NCBI GenBank assembly: GCA_029932855.1
Contig: JAOZPG010000004.1
Location: 49,148 to 113,147 of the forward strand
Direction of reading: 5' to 3'
DNA length: 64,000 nucleotides
Origin: Bacteroidales bacterium
GTDB taxonomy: Bacteria > Bacteroidota > Bacteroidia > Bacteroidales > VadinHA17
Position 1 is the stretch's first letter; every line of letters starts with the position of its first letter. A program made the position numbers and the translations under genes. The notes under the pieces are model-generated. The model was not told the origin of the DNA and ran no database searches. It was given only the letters and a program-made list of their open reading frames with translations. Positions 1 through 9,672 of this stretch are shown here, in pieces.

Positions 1-1
1 T

Positions 2-1735
2 AACGGAATTACTGCACTTTACATAGATAAATCCGGGAACCTGTGGATAGGTTCAGACAGAAAGAAAGGGCTTACTTATTATGATATTAGAAAAGATGAG
101 TTTAAAATTATTGAACTCAAGGTAAAAGTTGCACCTACAAGCATTACCGGGGATAATATGGGAAATATCTGGTTTGGATCAACAAGTGGTGTATATGCCT
201 GGGATGGAGACAGCATAATTTGTCATCTTACTGAAAAAACCGGTCTGCTTACAAACATCATCAAATTCGTGGTGGCGGATGATAATAATGATGTGTATAT
301 AGGCAGCAACAAAGGACTCAACCGTTATAGCCAGAAGGAGAATAAAATATATACCTATGGAAGGAAGAATGGTTTTACAGGCATTGAGTCGAGAGATAAT
401 GCCGTATATAAAGATGATGATGGTAGTATATGGTTTGGGACTGCCAACGGGATTATAAAGCTTGATCCCTCTAAACTGAGGTCCGGGAAGATTGAACCTC
501 TTACCCATATTGCTTCAATGAGGGTAAATTATGAAAAAAGGGCCATGATTCCTGGCTTAAAACTCAGCCATAAGGAAAAATCAATAATATTTGATTATTA
601 CAGTGTTTGCCTTATTAACCCTGAAGCGGTTGAATATCAGGTAATGCTTAAAGGAGCAGATGAAGATTGGCAACCTGTAACAGAGCAGACTGAAGCCATA
701 TATTCTGCACTGGCCCCGGGAAAGTACGAGTTTATGGTAAAGGCAAGAAACAGCTTTGGCAGCTGGAACAAGGAGGCTGTTAGTTATGAGTTTAGCATTT
801 TGCCTCCCTTTTACCTCAGATGGTGGTTTATACTTGCTGTTACTATACTTGTTGTGGCCCTGGTCTTTATGTATATTGGAATTCGTGAGCGTAATCTGAG
901 AAAAGAAAACAGGATACTTGAAGAAAAAGTTGCGAAACGTACCGAAGAGCTTGTACAGAAAAACATTCTTATTGAGCAAAAAAACAAGGATATTACCGAT
1001 AGTATTCGTTATGCCAGCCGCATACAATCGGCAATAATGCCTCCCGATGATTCACTTGATAATTCTTTTATATTGTTCAAGCCAAAAGATATTGTAAGCG
1101 GAGATTTCTACTGGTTGGCACGTACCGGCACAAAGCAGTTTGTTGCAGCGGTTGACTGTACGGGACACGGAGTGCCGGGAGCTTTTATGTCTATCATAGG
1201 GCACGATTCTCTTAATAAGATTGTTAAAGAATACGGATATAGCGACCCTGCTGAGATATTAAATTACCTGAATGATGAGCTTGTTAAAACTTTGCAGAAG
1301 CAGGCAGAGGACGGAGAGGTTAAAGATGGTATGGATCTGGCACTTCTTGTTTATGACACTGAGAAAATGGAGCTGGATTATGCAGGTGCTTATAATCCAC
1401 TATACCTGATAAGAAATAAAGAGCTTCTGGTCACCAGGGCCGACAGGTTTGCAATTGGCCGGACAAGTTCTGAGTCGGGAAAAAAATTCACAAGTCATAA
1501 AATAAAACTGCAAAAAGGGGATACAACATATATATTTTCGGATGGCTATGCCGACCAGTTTGGAGGAGCAGAAGGAAAAAAATTCATGATCAGGAAACTT
1601 AAACAATTGCTGGTTGACATCCAGGATTTGAGCATGAAAAAGCAAAAACAAAAGCTTGAAGAAACTTTCGAAGACTGGAGGGGGAATAATGAGCAGATAG
1701 ATGATGTAATAATTATCGGTACCCGGTACCAATAA
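2..1735 (+). CDS. Sensor protein: beta-propeller / Y_Y_Y domain, TM helix, coiled coil, PP2C (SpoIIE/RsbU-type) phosphatase; 5' end cut by window edge
   Basis: The reading frame is open from base 2, upstream of the tracked ATG at 158. Propeller-like repeats (NLWIGS, NIWFGS, SIWFGT) and a Y_Y_Y-like segment (YEFMVKARNSFGSW) are followed by a TM helix (WWFILAVTILVVALVFMYI). PP2C motifs follow: SGDFYW, DCTGHGVPGAFMS, DGMD, SDGYADQ, QIDDV. Confidence 0.8.
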   Translation, partial: NGITALYIDKSGNLWIGSDRKKGLTYYDIRKDEFKIIELKVKVAPTSITGDNMGNIWFGSTSGVYAWDGDSIICHLTEKTGLLTNIIKFVVADDNNDVYIGSNKGLNRYSQKENKIYTYGRKNGFTGIESRDNAVYKDDDGSIWFGTANGIIKLDPSKLRSGKIEPLTHIASMRVNYEKRAMIPGLKLSHKEKSIIFDYYSVCLINPEAVEYQVMLKGADEDWQPVTEQTEAIYSALAPGKYEFMVKARNSFGSWNKEAVSYEFSILPPFYLRWWFILAVTILVVALVFMYIGIRERNLRKENRILEEKVAKRTEELVQKNILIEQKNKDITDSIRYASRIQSAIMPPDDSLDNSFILFKPKDIVSGDFYWLARTGTKQFVAAVDCTGHGVPGAFMSIIGHDSLNKIVKEYGYSDPAEILNYLNDELVKTLQKQAEDGEVKDGMDLALLVYDTEKMELDYAGAYNPLYLIRNKELLVTRADRFAIGRTSSESGKKFTSHKIKLQKGDTTYIFSDGYADQFGGAEGKKFMIRKLKQLLVDIQDLSMKKQKQKLEETFEDWRGNNEQIDDVIIIGTRYQ

Positions 1736-1746
1736 TATTGCAGATA

Positions 1747-3453
1747 TCAATATCCTACGGCATTTCCTCCACGACGCTTATCGGCTGAGCCATAATACAT
1801 ACCATTTTCGGGATCGATATAGATCATCTGTACACCCCCGAAGAACAAGTCTATCCCATCATATACCCTGAGGCTGTGTCCCATTTCCTCCAGCTTCTTT
1901 CTTACTTCAGGTTTTATTCCCGATTCTAAATAAAGGAAATCTTCACTATCCCTTAGAAAAAAACGGGGAGCAAGATTAGCTTCTTCAACATTCATGTTAT
2001 AATCTATTATGTTTATTACTACTTCAATAAGGGTACTTATAATTCTTGCAGCACCGGGAGAGCCGGCTATCAGGAATGGATTTCCGTCTTTTATTATGAT
2101 AGTAGGCATAATTGAGCTTCTCGATTGCTTCCCATCTTTAAATAAGTTTATACTTTTTTTATTGTAATATGAAAAATTGGTCATTGCACAGTTAAACAAT
2201 ACCCCCTCAACAGTCTGACCCGATCCGAAAAATAAACCTAAGGTTTGGGTAAGGGCTACAGAATTACCATCTTTATCAATTATAGAAATATGTGTAGTGT
2301 GCCCGTCATACATTGACTCATCATCATCTGTCATGTGTTTGTCGCTTTCTTTAAGGAATGGGAATGGATTTCCTTCTACTACATCACGGTATCTTGGAGG
2401 ATCCAGTTTATCCATATTTATATGTTCAAAACGTTCCCTGGCATATTCTTTGGAAAGCAAAGCTGAAATTGGGATATTGGCTATCCTGGGGTCTCCCAGG
2501 TAGGCCGTCCTGTCGGCGTAAACAAAAAGTATTGCTTCAGCCATCAAATGTAATATCTTTGCCGATTCGCTATAATGGGGAGCATTTTGGAGATCATAAT
2601 TTTCAATTATATTTAATGCTTCTATCAGGCTTAAACCCGACTGGGGAGCATTAGCTGAAAGGATGTCGTAATTCCTGTATGTTCCGTGAAGCGGTTTTGT
2701 AAATTGAGCTTCATATGAGGAAAAATCATTTAAAGAAAGTACACCACCACGATCGGCAACACCCTTAACCATCGAAGCTGCAAGTGGTCCTTCATAGAAA
2801 GCTTCAGGCCCCTGACTGGCGATTATTGATAATGTTCTTGCCAGTTCTTTTTGTACAATCAGGTCACCTTCCATAAGAGGAAATCCATCTTCAAGGAATA
2901 TTTTCATTGTGGCCGTATCAGTGCTTATAGCATCTATCCTGTCAAGGATGAGCCTGGCAAGTGTGGGGTCAACAGCAAATCCTTCAGATGCTAACCTGAC
3001 TGCCGGTTCAAGAACCTTTGCAAAAGGCAGGCTGCCAAACTTTTCATGAGCCATGGCTAATCCGGCTACGGTACCCGGAACGCAAATTGATTTTGCAGTA
3101 AAAGCGTCTTTTTTACCTGAATAACCTGCCTGAGATGCATTTTCAGATGCCCTGGCATAGTAATTTATATAATAAGATTCATGTCTTTCTTTAAGGTAAA
3201 CAAGCATTCCGCCGCCACCTCCAAGGCCGGAGCCATCCGGTTCAACTACCCCAATGGCAAAAGCAGCTGCAACTGCTGCATCTATGGCATTCCCTCCGCT
3301 TTTTAGCATTTCTAAAGCAGCTTCAGTAGCAAGAGGATGAGCAGTCGCAACCATTCCATTTTTCCCAAAAGGAATTTCCTGGGAAACGGCATCAGTAATA
3401 AATCCTGCCAGTACTATAAGCAGAAGAAGCAAAGCTGTTTTTAATTTTTTCAT
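1747..3453 (-). CDS. ggt: Gamma-glutamyltranspeptidase (GGT/CapD family), secreted
   Basis: Signal peptide MKKLKTALLLLLIVLAGF. GGT-family collinearity includes GSGLGGGGGM and the autoprocessing/catalytic Thr context DGHTTHISIIDKDGN. The ATG at 3453 is preferred over the TTG at 3486. Confidence 0.9.
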   Translation of the reverse strand: MKKLKTALLLLLIVLAGFITDAVSQEIPFGKNGMVATAHPLATEAALEMLKSGGNAIDAAVAAAFAIGVVEPDGSGLGGGGGMLVYLKERHESYYINYYARASENASQAGYSGKKDAFTAKSICVPGTVAGLAMAHEKFGSLPFAKVLEPAVRLASEGFAVDPTLARLILDRIDAISTDTATMKIFLEDGFPLMEGDLIVQKELARTLSIIASQGPEAFYEGPLAASMVKGVADRGGVLSLNDFSSYEAQFTKPLHGTYRNYDILSANAPQSGLSLIEALNIIENYDLQNAPHYSESAKILHLMAEAILFVYADRTAYLGDPRIANIPISALLSKEYARERFEHINMDKLDPPRYRDVVEGNPFPFLKESDKHMTDDDESMYDGHTTHISIIDKDGNSVALTQTLGLFFGSGQTVEGVLFNCAMTNFSYYNKKSINLFKDGKQSRSSIMPTIIIKDGNPFLIAGSPGAARIISTLIEVVINIIDYNMNVEEANLAPRFFLRDSEDFLYLESGIKPEVRKKLEEMGHSLRVYDGIDLFFGGVQMIYIDPENGMYYGSADKRRGGNAVGY

Positions 3454-3813
3454 AACAATGAAATTAGATAAAATAATCTTAAGCAAAACGGGTATGAATA
3501 ATTATCTGTAAAAATATATATCAGTTTTTTCAAAAGATATGCCAAATATTGTATGCATATGAACATGAACAAGATGGAGCTAATGGTCCTGGAATAATGA
3601 GACAAAAAGACCCATTAAAGGGGATTACATTACTCAATAGCTTATTAGCAATTAGAAGTCTATAGTCTTAAATTTATTTTTTAAAATAAATAATTAGCTT
3701 TATAAATACAGTATATTACTGGCTGTTAAGCATACATATTAGTATTCATTAGTTTGTCAGCTCCAAACAATGGTACGTTTTTTGGTTATCATGCTACTTT
3801 ATTTATTGAATTT

Positions 3814-4761
3814 ATGTGTCAAAAAATTTCATTAGTAATTCTTCTGATTATACTCGGTAGTTCCCGGCTTATTTTATCTCAGGAGTTTATCGCCGGGGAA
3901 ATGGATAGTGATGATAGTTATGTAGAATATCTTCAGGGTGATTTGCCCTTAATTATTTCAGTTCCTCACGGCGGATATATGAAACCTGATGATATTCCCG
4001 AGCGGGTGGGAAGGTTTGCAAAGAACCAGGATATATACACTATAGAGATAGCCTATAGAATGATAAGAAAGATACATGAATTATCAGGCAAATATCCTTA
4101 TGTTGTTATTAACCATTTACACAGAACCCGTTTGGATGCCAATAGAAATATAGAGGAAGCGGCCAACGGTAATAAGAAGGCCGAAAAAGTATGGTATGAA
4201 TATCATAACAGGATAAAAAGTATAAGAGAGGAAATAATTAATGAGTATGGAAAGGGTCTTTTTATTGACCTTCATGGACATAGGCATAAAATTGAGCGTA
4301 TTGAGCTGGGTTATGCCTTAAGCGGGGAGGAATTACGTTTGGATGAAGATTTGCTGAATAGTGGTCTGGCCGGTGAGTTCAGCAGTATAAAAAATCTGCT
4401 GGCTGATAATATCCGGGCTTTATCCTTTACCGAAGTTATCAGGGGGGACTATAGTCTTGGCTCCCTGCTTATGGAAAAGGGTCAGGTCACTGTGCCAAGT
4501 AAGGAAATACCTTTTCCCAGGTCTTCGGAGCCATTTTTTAGAGGGGGTTACAATATTTCAACATATGGATCTTCAGGAGGGGGTACAATTGACGGAATAC
4601 AAATAGAAATAGACCTTCATACCCGCAGTGATAAAGAATTGCAGAAGAAAGTTGCTGATGATATTGCACGTAGCTTACTGGAATTTCTTTCAATTCATTA
4701 TTTCCCTGATATTATGAATATCTCTGTCAAAGAAATTTCAATCCCGGATACTTCTTATTAA
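3814..4761 (+). CDS. Secreted N-formylglutamate amidohydrolase (FGase)-fold zinc hydrolase-like protein
   Basis: Signal peptide starts at ATG 3814 (MCQKISLVILLIILGSS). Motifs SVPHGGY..DIPER, LHRTRLDANRN and FIDLHGHRH resemble the FGase-family H / R-x-D-x-NR / DLH pattern. Confidence 0.55.
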   Translation: MCQKISLVILLIILGSSRLILSQEFIAGEMDSDDSYVEYLQGDLPLIISVPHGGYMKPDDIPERVGRFAKNQDIYTIEIAYRMIRKIHELSGKYPYVVINHLHRTRLDANRNIEEAANGNKKAEKVWYEYHNRIKSIREEIINEYGKGLFIDLHGHRHKIERIELGYALSGEELRLDEDLLNSGLAGEFSSIKNLLADNIRALSFTEVIRGDYSLGSLLMEKGQVTVPSKEIPFPRSSEPFFRGGYNISTYGSSGGGTIDGIQIEIDLHTRSDKELQKKVADDIARSLLEFLSIHYFPDIMNISVKEISIPDTSY

Positions 4762-4963
4762 ATGGTAACTTTGAATGAAGGAAGATATATGCCCGGCATA
4801 TGGGCTAAATTAACACAGAGACACTAATTAATTGCACGATTACAATAAGTTAACACATAGGTTATCAGCATATTGATTAGAATGGTATGTATTTTGGAAT
4901 TTAATAGTAAATCTTTTAGAGAGCTATTAATTATTATTGAATGAAAACCTGAATAAGATATAT

Positions 4964-6229
4964 ATGAGTTTTGAGCTGATCATTCTGTTGTTAATGCTTG
5001 CAAGCTTTGCATTAAGTGTGTTTGTTTTGAAGATGCCTGCAGGCGTTTCTCTTATTATTGCCGCATTGGTCGGAGCCCTTGTTGATGGTCATGGGATACC
5101 TGTGTCACATCTGGTGGAAGGAGGTTTTGGCTTTATGGAAGCTATATTGATAATTGCCACTGCTATGATATTTATGAAAATAATGGAGGCAAGTGGTGTC
5201 CTTACCCAGATTAGCCTTGGTATTATAAAAGCTTTTCATAAAAAGCCGACCATTTTAATAATTGTAATAATATTGTTTATTATGTTCCCGGGAATGTTAA
5301 CCGGCCTGTCTTCAACATGCGTTCTTACTACAGGTGTCCTGGTTGCCCCGATTCTTTTAGCAATTGGTGTTCCAAGGCTGGCTGCAGGATCGCTTATTGC
5401 CATGGCTGCTGTTTTCGGAGAAGTTGCTCCCCCAATAAGTATTCCTGTAATGATAATTGGAGGCGGGGTAGACATGCCTTATATAGGGTTTACGGTCCCT
5501 TTATTACTTGTTTCTTTGCCAGCTGCATTATTTACTGCCATATATTTCAGAATAAAATTTGTGAAGAAGATAGATATAGAAGAAGTATTAAAAAAACTCA
5601 GCTCACTGGATAAAAAGAAAAGAGGATTTGTAGTATATATACCTTTGATTTTTGTTATTTTTTATATGATTGGAGAAATAGTTTTTCATGATTATGTTTT
5701 ACATCTGGGAGTTCCTCTGATATTTACCATAGGAGCGATCCTGGGTATTATTTTTTCTCCTAAGACTCCCCTGATAAAAGTTTCAAGGGAAGCTTTGAGA
5801 ATGGCCTTACCCGTAATTGTAATTCTTGTTGGGGTTGGCATGTTTCTTCAGATATTAACTCTTACAGGAGTGAGGGGATACCTTGCTGTTTCAGCACTTC
5901 AGCTACCGGATGCGGTTAAATATATGGCTGCATCATTAATGCCATTTATGGGCTCTGCATATGCGTCGGCATCAGTTATCGGCGTTCCGCTTGTTTATGT
6001 GTTTATTGGGAAAAGTGCCATAGTTGTTACCGCATCCCTGGTTATGATGGCATCTCTGGGAGACCTAATGCCACCTCCTTCCCTTCTATGTGCATATGCT
6101 GCCCAGACAGTACAGGAAGAAAACCATTTTAAAATTTTGAAACAAAGTCTTATCCCTATAGCTTTTTCAATGATAACAGCACTAATTGTTTTAATTTTTG
6201 CAGAGGAAATATCAAGCTTTATTTTCTAA
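4964..6229 (+). CDS. Polytopic permease, DctM-like (TRAP large-subunit / ion-transporter superfamily), no DctP/DctQ partner nearby
   Basis: About 12 predicted TM helices over ~420 aa. The central segment (IMEASGV....GMLTGLSSTCVLTTGVLVAPILLAIGVP) parallels the DctM pattern. The ATG at 4964 is preferred over the TTG at 4937. Confidence 0.5.
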   Translation: MSFELIILLLMLASFALSVFVLKMPAGVSLIIAALVGALVDGHGIPVSHLVEGGFGFMEAILIIATAMIFMKIMEASGVLTQISLGIIKAFHKKPTILIIVIILFIMFPGMLTGLSSTCVLTTGVLVAPILLAIGVPRLAAGSLIAMAAVFGEVAPPISIPVMIIGGGVDMPYIGFTVPLLLVSLPAALFTAIYFRIKFVKKIDIEEVLKKLSSLDKKKRGFVVYIPLIFVIFYMIGEIVFHDYVLHLGVPLIFTIGAILGIIFSPKTPLIKVSREALRMALPVIVILVGVGMFLQILTLTGVRGYLAVSALQLPDAVKYMAASLMPFMGSAYASASVIGVPLVYVFIGKSAIVVTASLVMMASLGDLMPPPSLLCAYAAQTVQEENHFKILKQSLIPIAFSMITALIVLIFAEEISSFIF

Positions 6230-6395
6230 TTAATTTTTTCTATGCTTTATATTATATATACAATAATCTTGCTTTATGTCACAGTTATACTTGGCATAGA
6301 GTTTTATAATGAAAAGAAATGGAAGATGCAGATTGCTATAGCTTTTGTTCTTCTGATATTTGTTCTTAGAATATTGCAAATCAAATAGATGGAAC

Positions 6396-7523
6396 ATGAT
6401 TAAGAAACATCATATTTCAGCCTTTATAATTGTAGTTTTTACAGTCTTAATAGCAATTATTGCTTCTGCGGAGTTTCGCAAACAAAAAATTCCTGAAGCT
6501 TTATACCCGAGCAAAGGTTTAAGCAGCAAAGGAATGTTAAGCGATTATTTTGCCGGAATAAAGGATACGAATGGAGATACGGAAGTATATTTTTTCGACA
6601 GCGGAAAACCTGGAGCAACTGTTTTCCTTGCAGGAGGGACTCATCCAAATGAGCCGGCAGGCTATATGGCCAGTGTTGTTATTCTGGAGAACCTTATTCC
6701 TGAAAAGGGCAGGGTGATAATCATTCCACGACTAAACAATTCAGGATTTACATGTACAGATCCCATGGAAGCATATCCACACGGATTTACTATAGAAACA
6801 GGAACTACAAGCCGCAGGTTCAGGTTTGGATCCAGGGGAGCAAATCCTCTTGACCAGTGGCCTGATCCACTTGTATATGTTCATAAACCTTCAGGTCAGC
6901 AATATTCCGGACTGGAATCCAGGAATCTTAACCGGTCATATCCGGGTGATCCGGATGGTACTTTTACAGAAAAAGTGGCATTTGCGATTATTCAGTTACT
7001 TAAAGAAGAGAATGTTGATATAGCATATGATCTTCACGAGGCCGCACCTGAGATTCCTATAATAAATGCTATTGTATATCATGAAAAAGCAGAAGATATT
7101 ACAATGTATTCTATTCTTGAACTTGAAATGGAAGGGCTTCAGTATGCTCCGGAATTATCTCCCAAAAATTTTCATGGTTTAAGTCACCGCGAATGGGGAG
7201 ATTATACACAGGCATATGCTTTTTTGATGGAAACAAGCAGCCCCGTTCAGGGCAGGCTTAGAGGAAAAACAAATGAAGAGCTGGTTCTTAAGGGACTTAG
7301 CAAAAATTATAAAACAGCAAAAGAAACAGAGGCATTAAGAATAGTTTACCGCGATGAAGGGGAACCTCTTGAACACAGGGTAGGAAGACATATGTCGGGA
7401 TTTTTGGCAATAATCGATTCATATAATGAGCTTAATCCTGAAAAACAGGTGAAGGTATCAGGATTGCCTGACCATAGTGATCTTGTTGAGAACGGGATAG
7501 GGAAATATTTAAATAATAAATAG
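6396..7523 (+). CDS. Succinylglutamate desuccinylase/aspartoacylase-like (M14-type) zinc hydrolase, signal-anchored
   Basis: N-terminal hydrophobic anchor (ISAFIIVVFTVLIAIIASA). An HxxE zinc motif sits in FLAGGTHPNEPAGY, with a downstream His in YDLHEAAPE. This is typical of the AstE/AspA M14-like family. Confidence 0.6.
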   Translation: MIKKHHISAFIIVVFTVLIAIIASAEFRKQKIPEALYPSKGLSSKGMLSDYFAGIKDTNGDTEVYFFDSGKPGATVFLAGGTHPNEPAGYMASVVILENLIPEKGRVIIIPRLNNSGFTCTDPMEAYPHGFTIETGTTSRRFRFGSRGANPLDQWPDPLVYVHKPSGQQYSGLESRNLNRSYPGDPDGTFTEKVAFAIIQLLKEENVDIAYDLHEAAPEIPIINAIVYHEKAEDITMYSILELEMEGLQYAPELSPKNFHGLSHREWGDYTQAYAFLMETSSPVQGRLRGKTNEELVLKGLSKNYKTAKETEALRIVYRDEGEPLEHRVGRHMSGFLAIIDSYNELNPEKQVKVSGLPDHSDLVENGIGKYLNNK

Positions 7524-7533
7524 TTTTAAAATT

Positions 7534-8085
7534 ATGAAGAAGCAAACATTTAAGTTTATAGGATTAATTGCGTTTAGCGTAATAATGTTTTCATTTACAT
7601 TTGATTCAGTGCAGTTTGAACAGCCGGTTTTAATCACTTCAGCTGGTCAGAGTGCTGATGTTAAATTAGTAAAACTGCTTGCATCCAGGCAAAAGCTGGA
7701 TGCTGAGACCATACTTATGGCCAGGCCTGCAGATCTGGGAAATATAAAAACATTAATCATTGTTCCGGGTTTTAGTTCAAAAGGACTTGGAGCTGCAGGT
7801 ATCAGTCAGAAAGATGAGATGAAACGTGTTGAGGCCCTGGTGAAGGCTGCAAATGAAAGTGGCATACCAATAGTAATGATGCATATAGGCGGTAAGGCCC
7901 GCCGGGGAGGGCAGTCGGATGGTTTTTGCAGATTAATTGCTGAGAACAGCAAGACTATGATCGTTGTTGAGCAGGGAAATGAAGATGAGTTTTTTACAAA
8001 AATATCGGAAGATAAAGAAATTCCTATGGTGTCTGTAGAAAAAATAAGTCAGGCTGCCGAACCATTAGGCAAATTATTCAAATAA
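7534..8085 (+). CDS. Signal-anchored 183-aa protein of unknown function, first gene upstream of pgsB in the same operon
   Basis: The ORF starts with ATG and has an N-terminal hydrophobic segment (FIGLIAFSVIMFSF). The rest shows an alternating alpha/beta-like pattern. It lies 10 bp after the upstream gene and 16 bp before pgsB. I recognise no catalytic motif. Confidence 0.6.
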   Translation: MKKQTFKFIGLIAFSVIMFSFTFDSVQFEQPVLITSAGQSADVKLVKLLASRQKLDAETILMARPADLGNIKTLIIVPGFSSKGLGAAGISQKDEMKRVEALVKAANESGIPIVMMHIGGKARRGGQSDGFCRLIAENSKTMIVVEQGNEDEFFTKISEDKEIPMVSVEKISQAAEPLGKLFK

Positions 8086-8101
8086 ATTCCCGTCCAGAAA
8101 C

Positions 8102-9250
8102 ATGATTTATGCATATATTCTTATCTGCATTTTATTTGCATGGCTGATTATTGAAGCAATCAGGACAGAACAGAGTATAAGAAAGATAGACCTAAAAATT
8201 CATGTTAATGGTACCAGGGGTAAATCGAGTATTACAAAATATATCTTAGCGGCACTCCAGGGTTCCGGTATCAGGTCACTGGGAAAAGTTACGGGCGAGC
8301 TTCCTACACTGATTTATTTTGATGGTAATCATCTTCCTATAAAAAGATTCTTTCCGGCCAGGGTCAACGAACAGTTCAGGATAATAAGAAAGGCCAGCAG
8401 GCTGGAGGCCAAGGCTCTTGTTCTTGAGTGTATGTCGATAGATCCGGCCCTGCAAAAGCTTGAAAGCAGGTTTTTCAAGCCGGATATATATATTGTTTCC
8501 AATATAAGAGATGATCACAGGGAAAAGATAGCTGCCGGCCGGGAGGAGAGAGCTGAATCTTATTGCCAGGCAATACCTGAGAATTGCAAGTTGGTAACTG
8601 CTGATATTGAGAATATTGATTATATAAAAAGGGAGGCAGAGAAAAAAAACTGCAGACTGATAATTCCGCAAGAACTAGATGAAGAGATATTGAAGACACT
8701 TCCTTTTGGAGTATTTGCCGATAATATTCAAATTGCACTAGAAGTGGCTGAACTGGCGGGTATAGGCAGGGATAAAGCCCTGAATTCTATTTTAACAAGT
8801 CTTGATAAGGCTGAAAAATATTTAAAACAATCGAAAGCAGCTAAGAAAACTTATAATTTCCTCAATGCCTTTTCAGTAAATGATACTGATTCAGCCAATG
8901 AATACCTTGATTACTGGCTTGACCGTTCAGGACTTAGCGGGAATTATGCTTTTATTTTCAATACCAGGGCAGACAGGCCGACCAGGACCCAATTATTTAC
9001 TGAATGGATCAAAGAGCGACAGGAGCAATGTAAGCTGGTAGTTATTACGGGTGATCATAAAGAATGGGCTTACAGACAACTAAAATGTCTCAGGCCGGAT
9101 ACTGAACTTATGAAGATAAGGTCAATCAATATAAATACTTTACCGGCTCTGATAGAAGGCCTTGATTTAGCACTTGATCTTATAATCGGAATAGGAAATA
9201 TTGGAGGAGATGGATACCGGATATTGAAAGAATTTAAAAGTGCATCATGA
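8102..9250 (+). CDS. pgsB: Poly-gamma-glutamate synthase, Mur-ligase-like subunit PgsB/CapB
   Basis: An N-terminal TM helix precedes the P-loop HVNGTRGKSS. The protein is collinear with Bacillus PgsB through ECMSIDP, NIRDDH, FADNIQIALEVA, NAFSVND, NTRADRPTRTQ and GIGNIGG. Its 382 aa length is similar to PgsB. Confidence 0.9.
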   Translation: MIYAYILICILFAWLIIEAIRTEQSIRKIDLKIHVNGTRGKSSITKYILAALQGSGIRSLGKVTGELPTLIYFDGNHLPIKRFFPARVNEQFRIIRKASRLEAKALVLECMSIDPALQKLESRFFKPDIYIVSNIRDDHREKIAAGREERAESYCQAIPENCKLVTADIENIDYIKREAEKKNCRLIIPQELDEEILKTLPFGVFADNIQIALEVAELAGIGRDKALNSILTSLDKAEKYLKQSKAAKKTYNFLNAFSVNDTDSANEYLDYWLDRSGLSGNYAFIFNTRADRPTRTQLFTEWIKERQEQCKLVVITGDHKEWAYRQLKCLRPDTELMKIRSININTLPALIEGLDLALDLIIGIGNIGGDGYRILKEFKSAS

Positions 9251-9672
9251 TAATTGAATTATTCCTGATAGGTTTAATAGTTGGATTCCTGTTTTATGAA
9301 TTTGTGGGGATATCTCCCGGAGGTGTGGTTGCTCCGGCTTATTTTGCCTTATTTATTTTTCAGCCTGAAAAGATTCTTGTTACCCTGGTGCTCTCGCTGA
9401 TTATTTTTTATATAATGAAATTTCTTTCTTCCCGCTTAATATTATTTGGAAGGAGAAAACTGCTTATTGCTCTGGTTCTTGGTTTTCTCTTAAAGCTTGC
9501 CATAGATTTTCTAATACAACCACTGCCGGTAATAAAGATAGATCTGCAATCTATTGGCTATATTATTCCCGGACTTATTGCCCATGAAATGTCACGCCAA
9601 AAAGTTTTTCCTACGATATTTTCTATTGCCATAGTAACGCTTATTACCTACTTAATTGCCTTGATGTTGTGA
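9247..9672 (+). CDS. pgsC: Poly-gamma-glutamate synthase membrane subunit PgsC/CapC
   Basis: A 141-aa protein with 4 TM helices. It is collinear with Bacillus PgsC (GGVVAPAY, LFGRRK, LKLAIDF, IIPGLIA). An ATGA start/stop overlap joins it to pgsB. Confidence 0.9.
   Translation: MIIELFLIGLIVGFLFYEFVGISPGGVVAPAYFALFIFQPEKILVTLVLSLIIFYIMKFLSSRLILFGRRKLLIALVLGFLLKLAIDFLIQPLPVIKIDLQSIGYIIPGLIAHEMSRQKVFPTIFSIAIVTLITYLIALML

Noticed and set aside
3672-3691. AT-only inverted repeat (ATTTATTTT-TT-AAAATAAAT) in the ggt / FGase-like divergent intergenic region
   Set aside because: It is pure A/T in an AT-rich promoter region between divergent genes. It cannot be a terminator, and nothing distinguishes an operator from chance symmetry.
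4787-4801. 15-bp perfect palindrome ATATGCC-C-GGCATAT just after the FGase-like gene
   Set aside because: A 1-nt loop cannot form a stable terminator hairpin and no U-tract follows. It may be a protein-binding site, but it occurs only once, so it is not reported as a feature.
4878-4893. TGGTATGTATTTTGGA upstream of the DctM-like permease as a sigma-54 promoter
   Set aside because: The -24 GG is present, but the -12 position reads GG instead of the conserved GC dinucleotide.
6320-6337. TGGAAGATGCAGATTGCT upstream of the M14-like gene as a sigma-54 promoter
   Set aside because: It has a good TTGCT element, but 12 nt separate GG and GC instead of 10.
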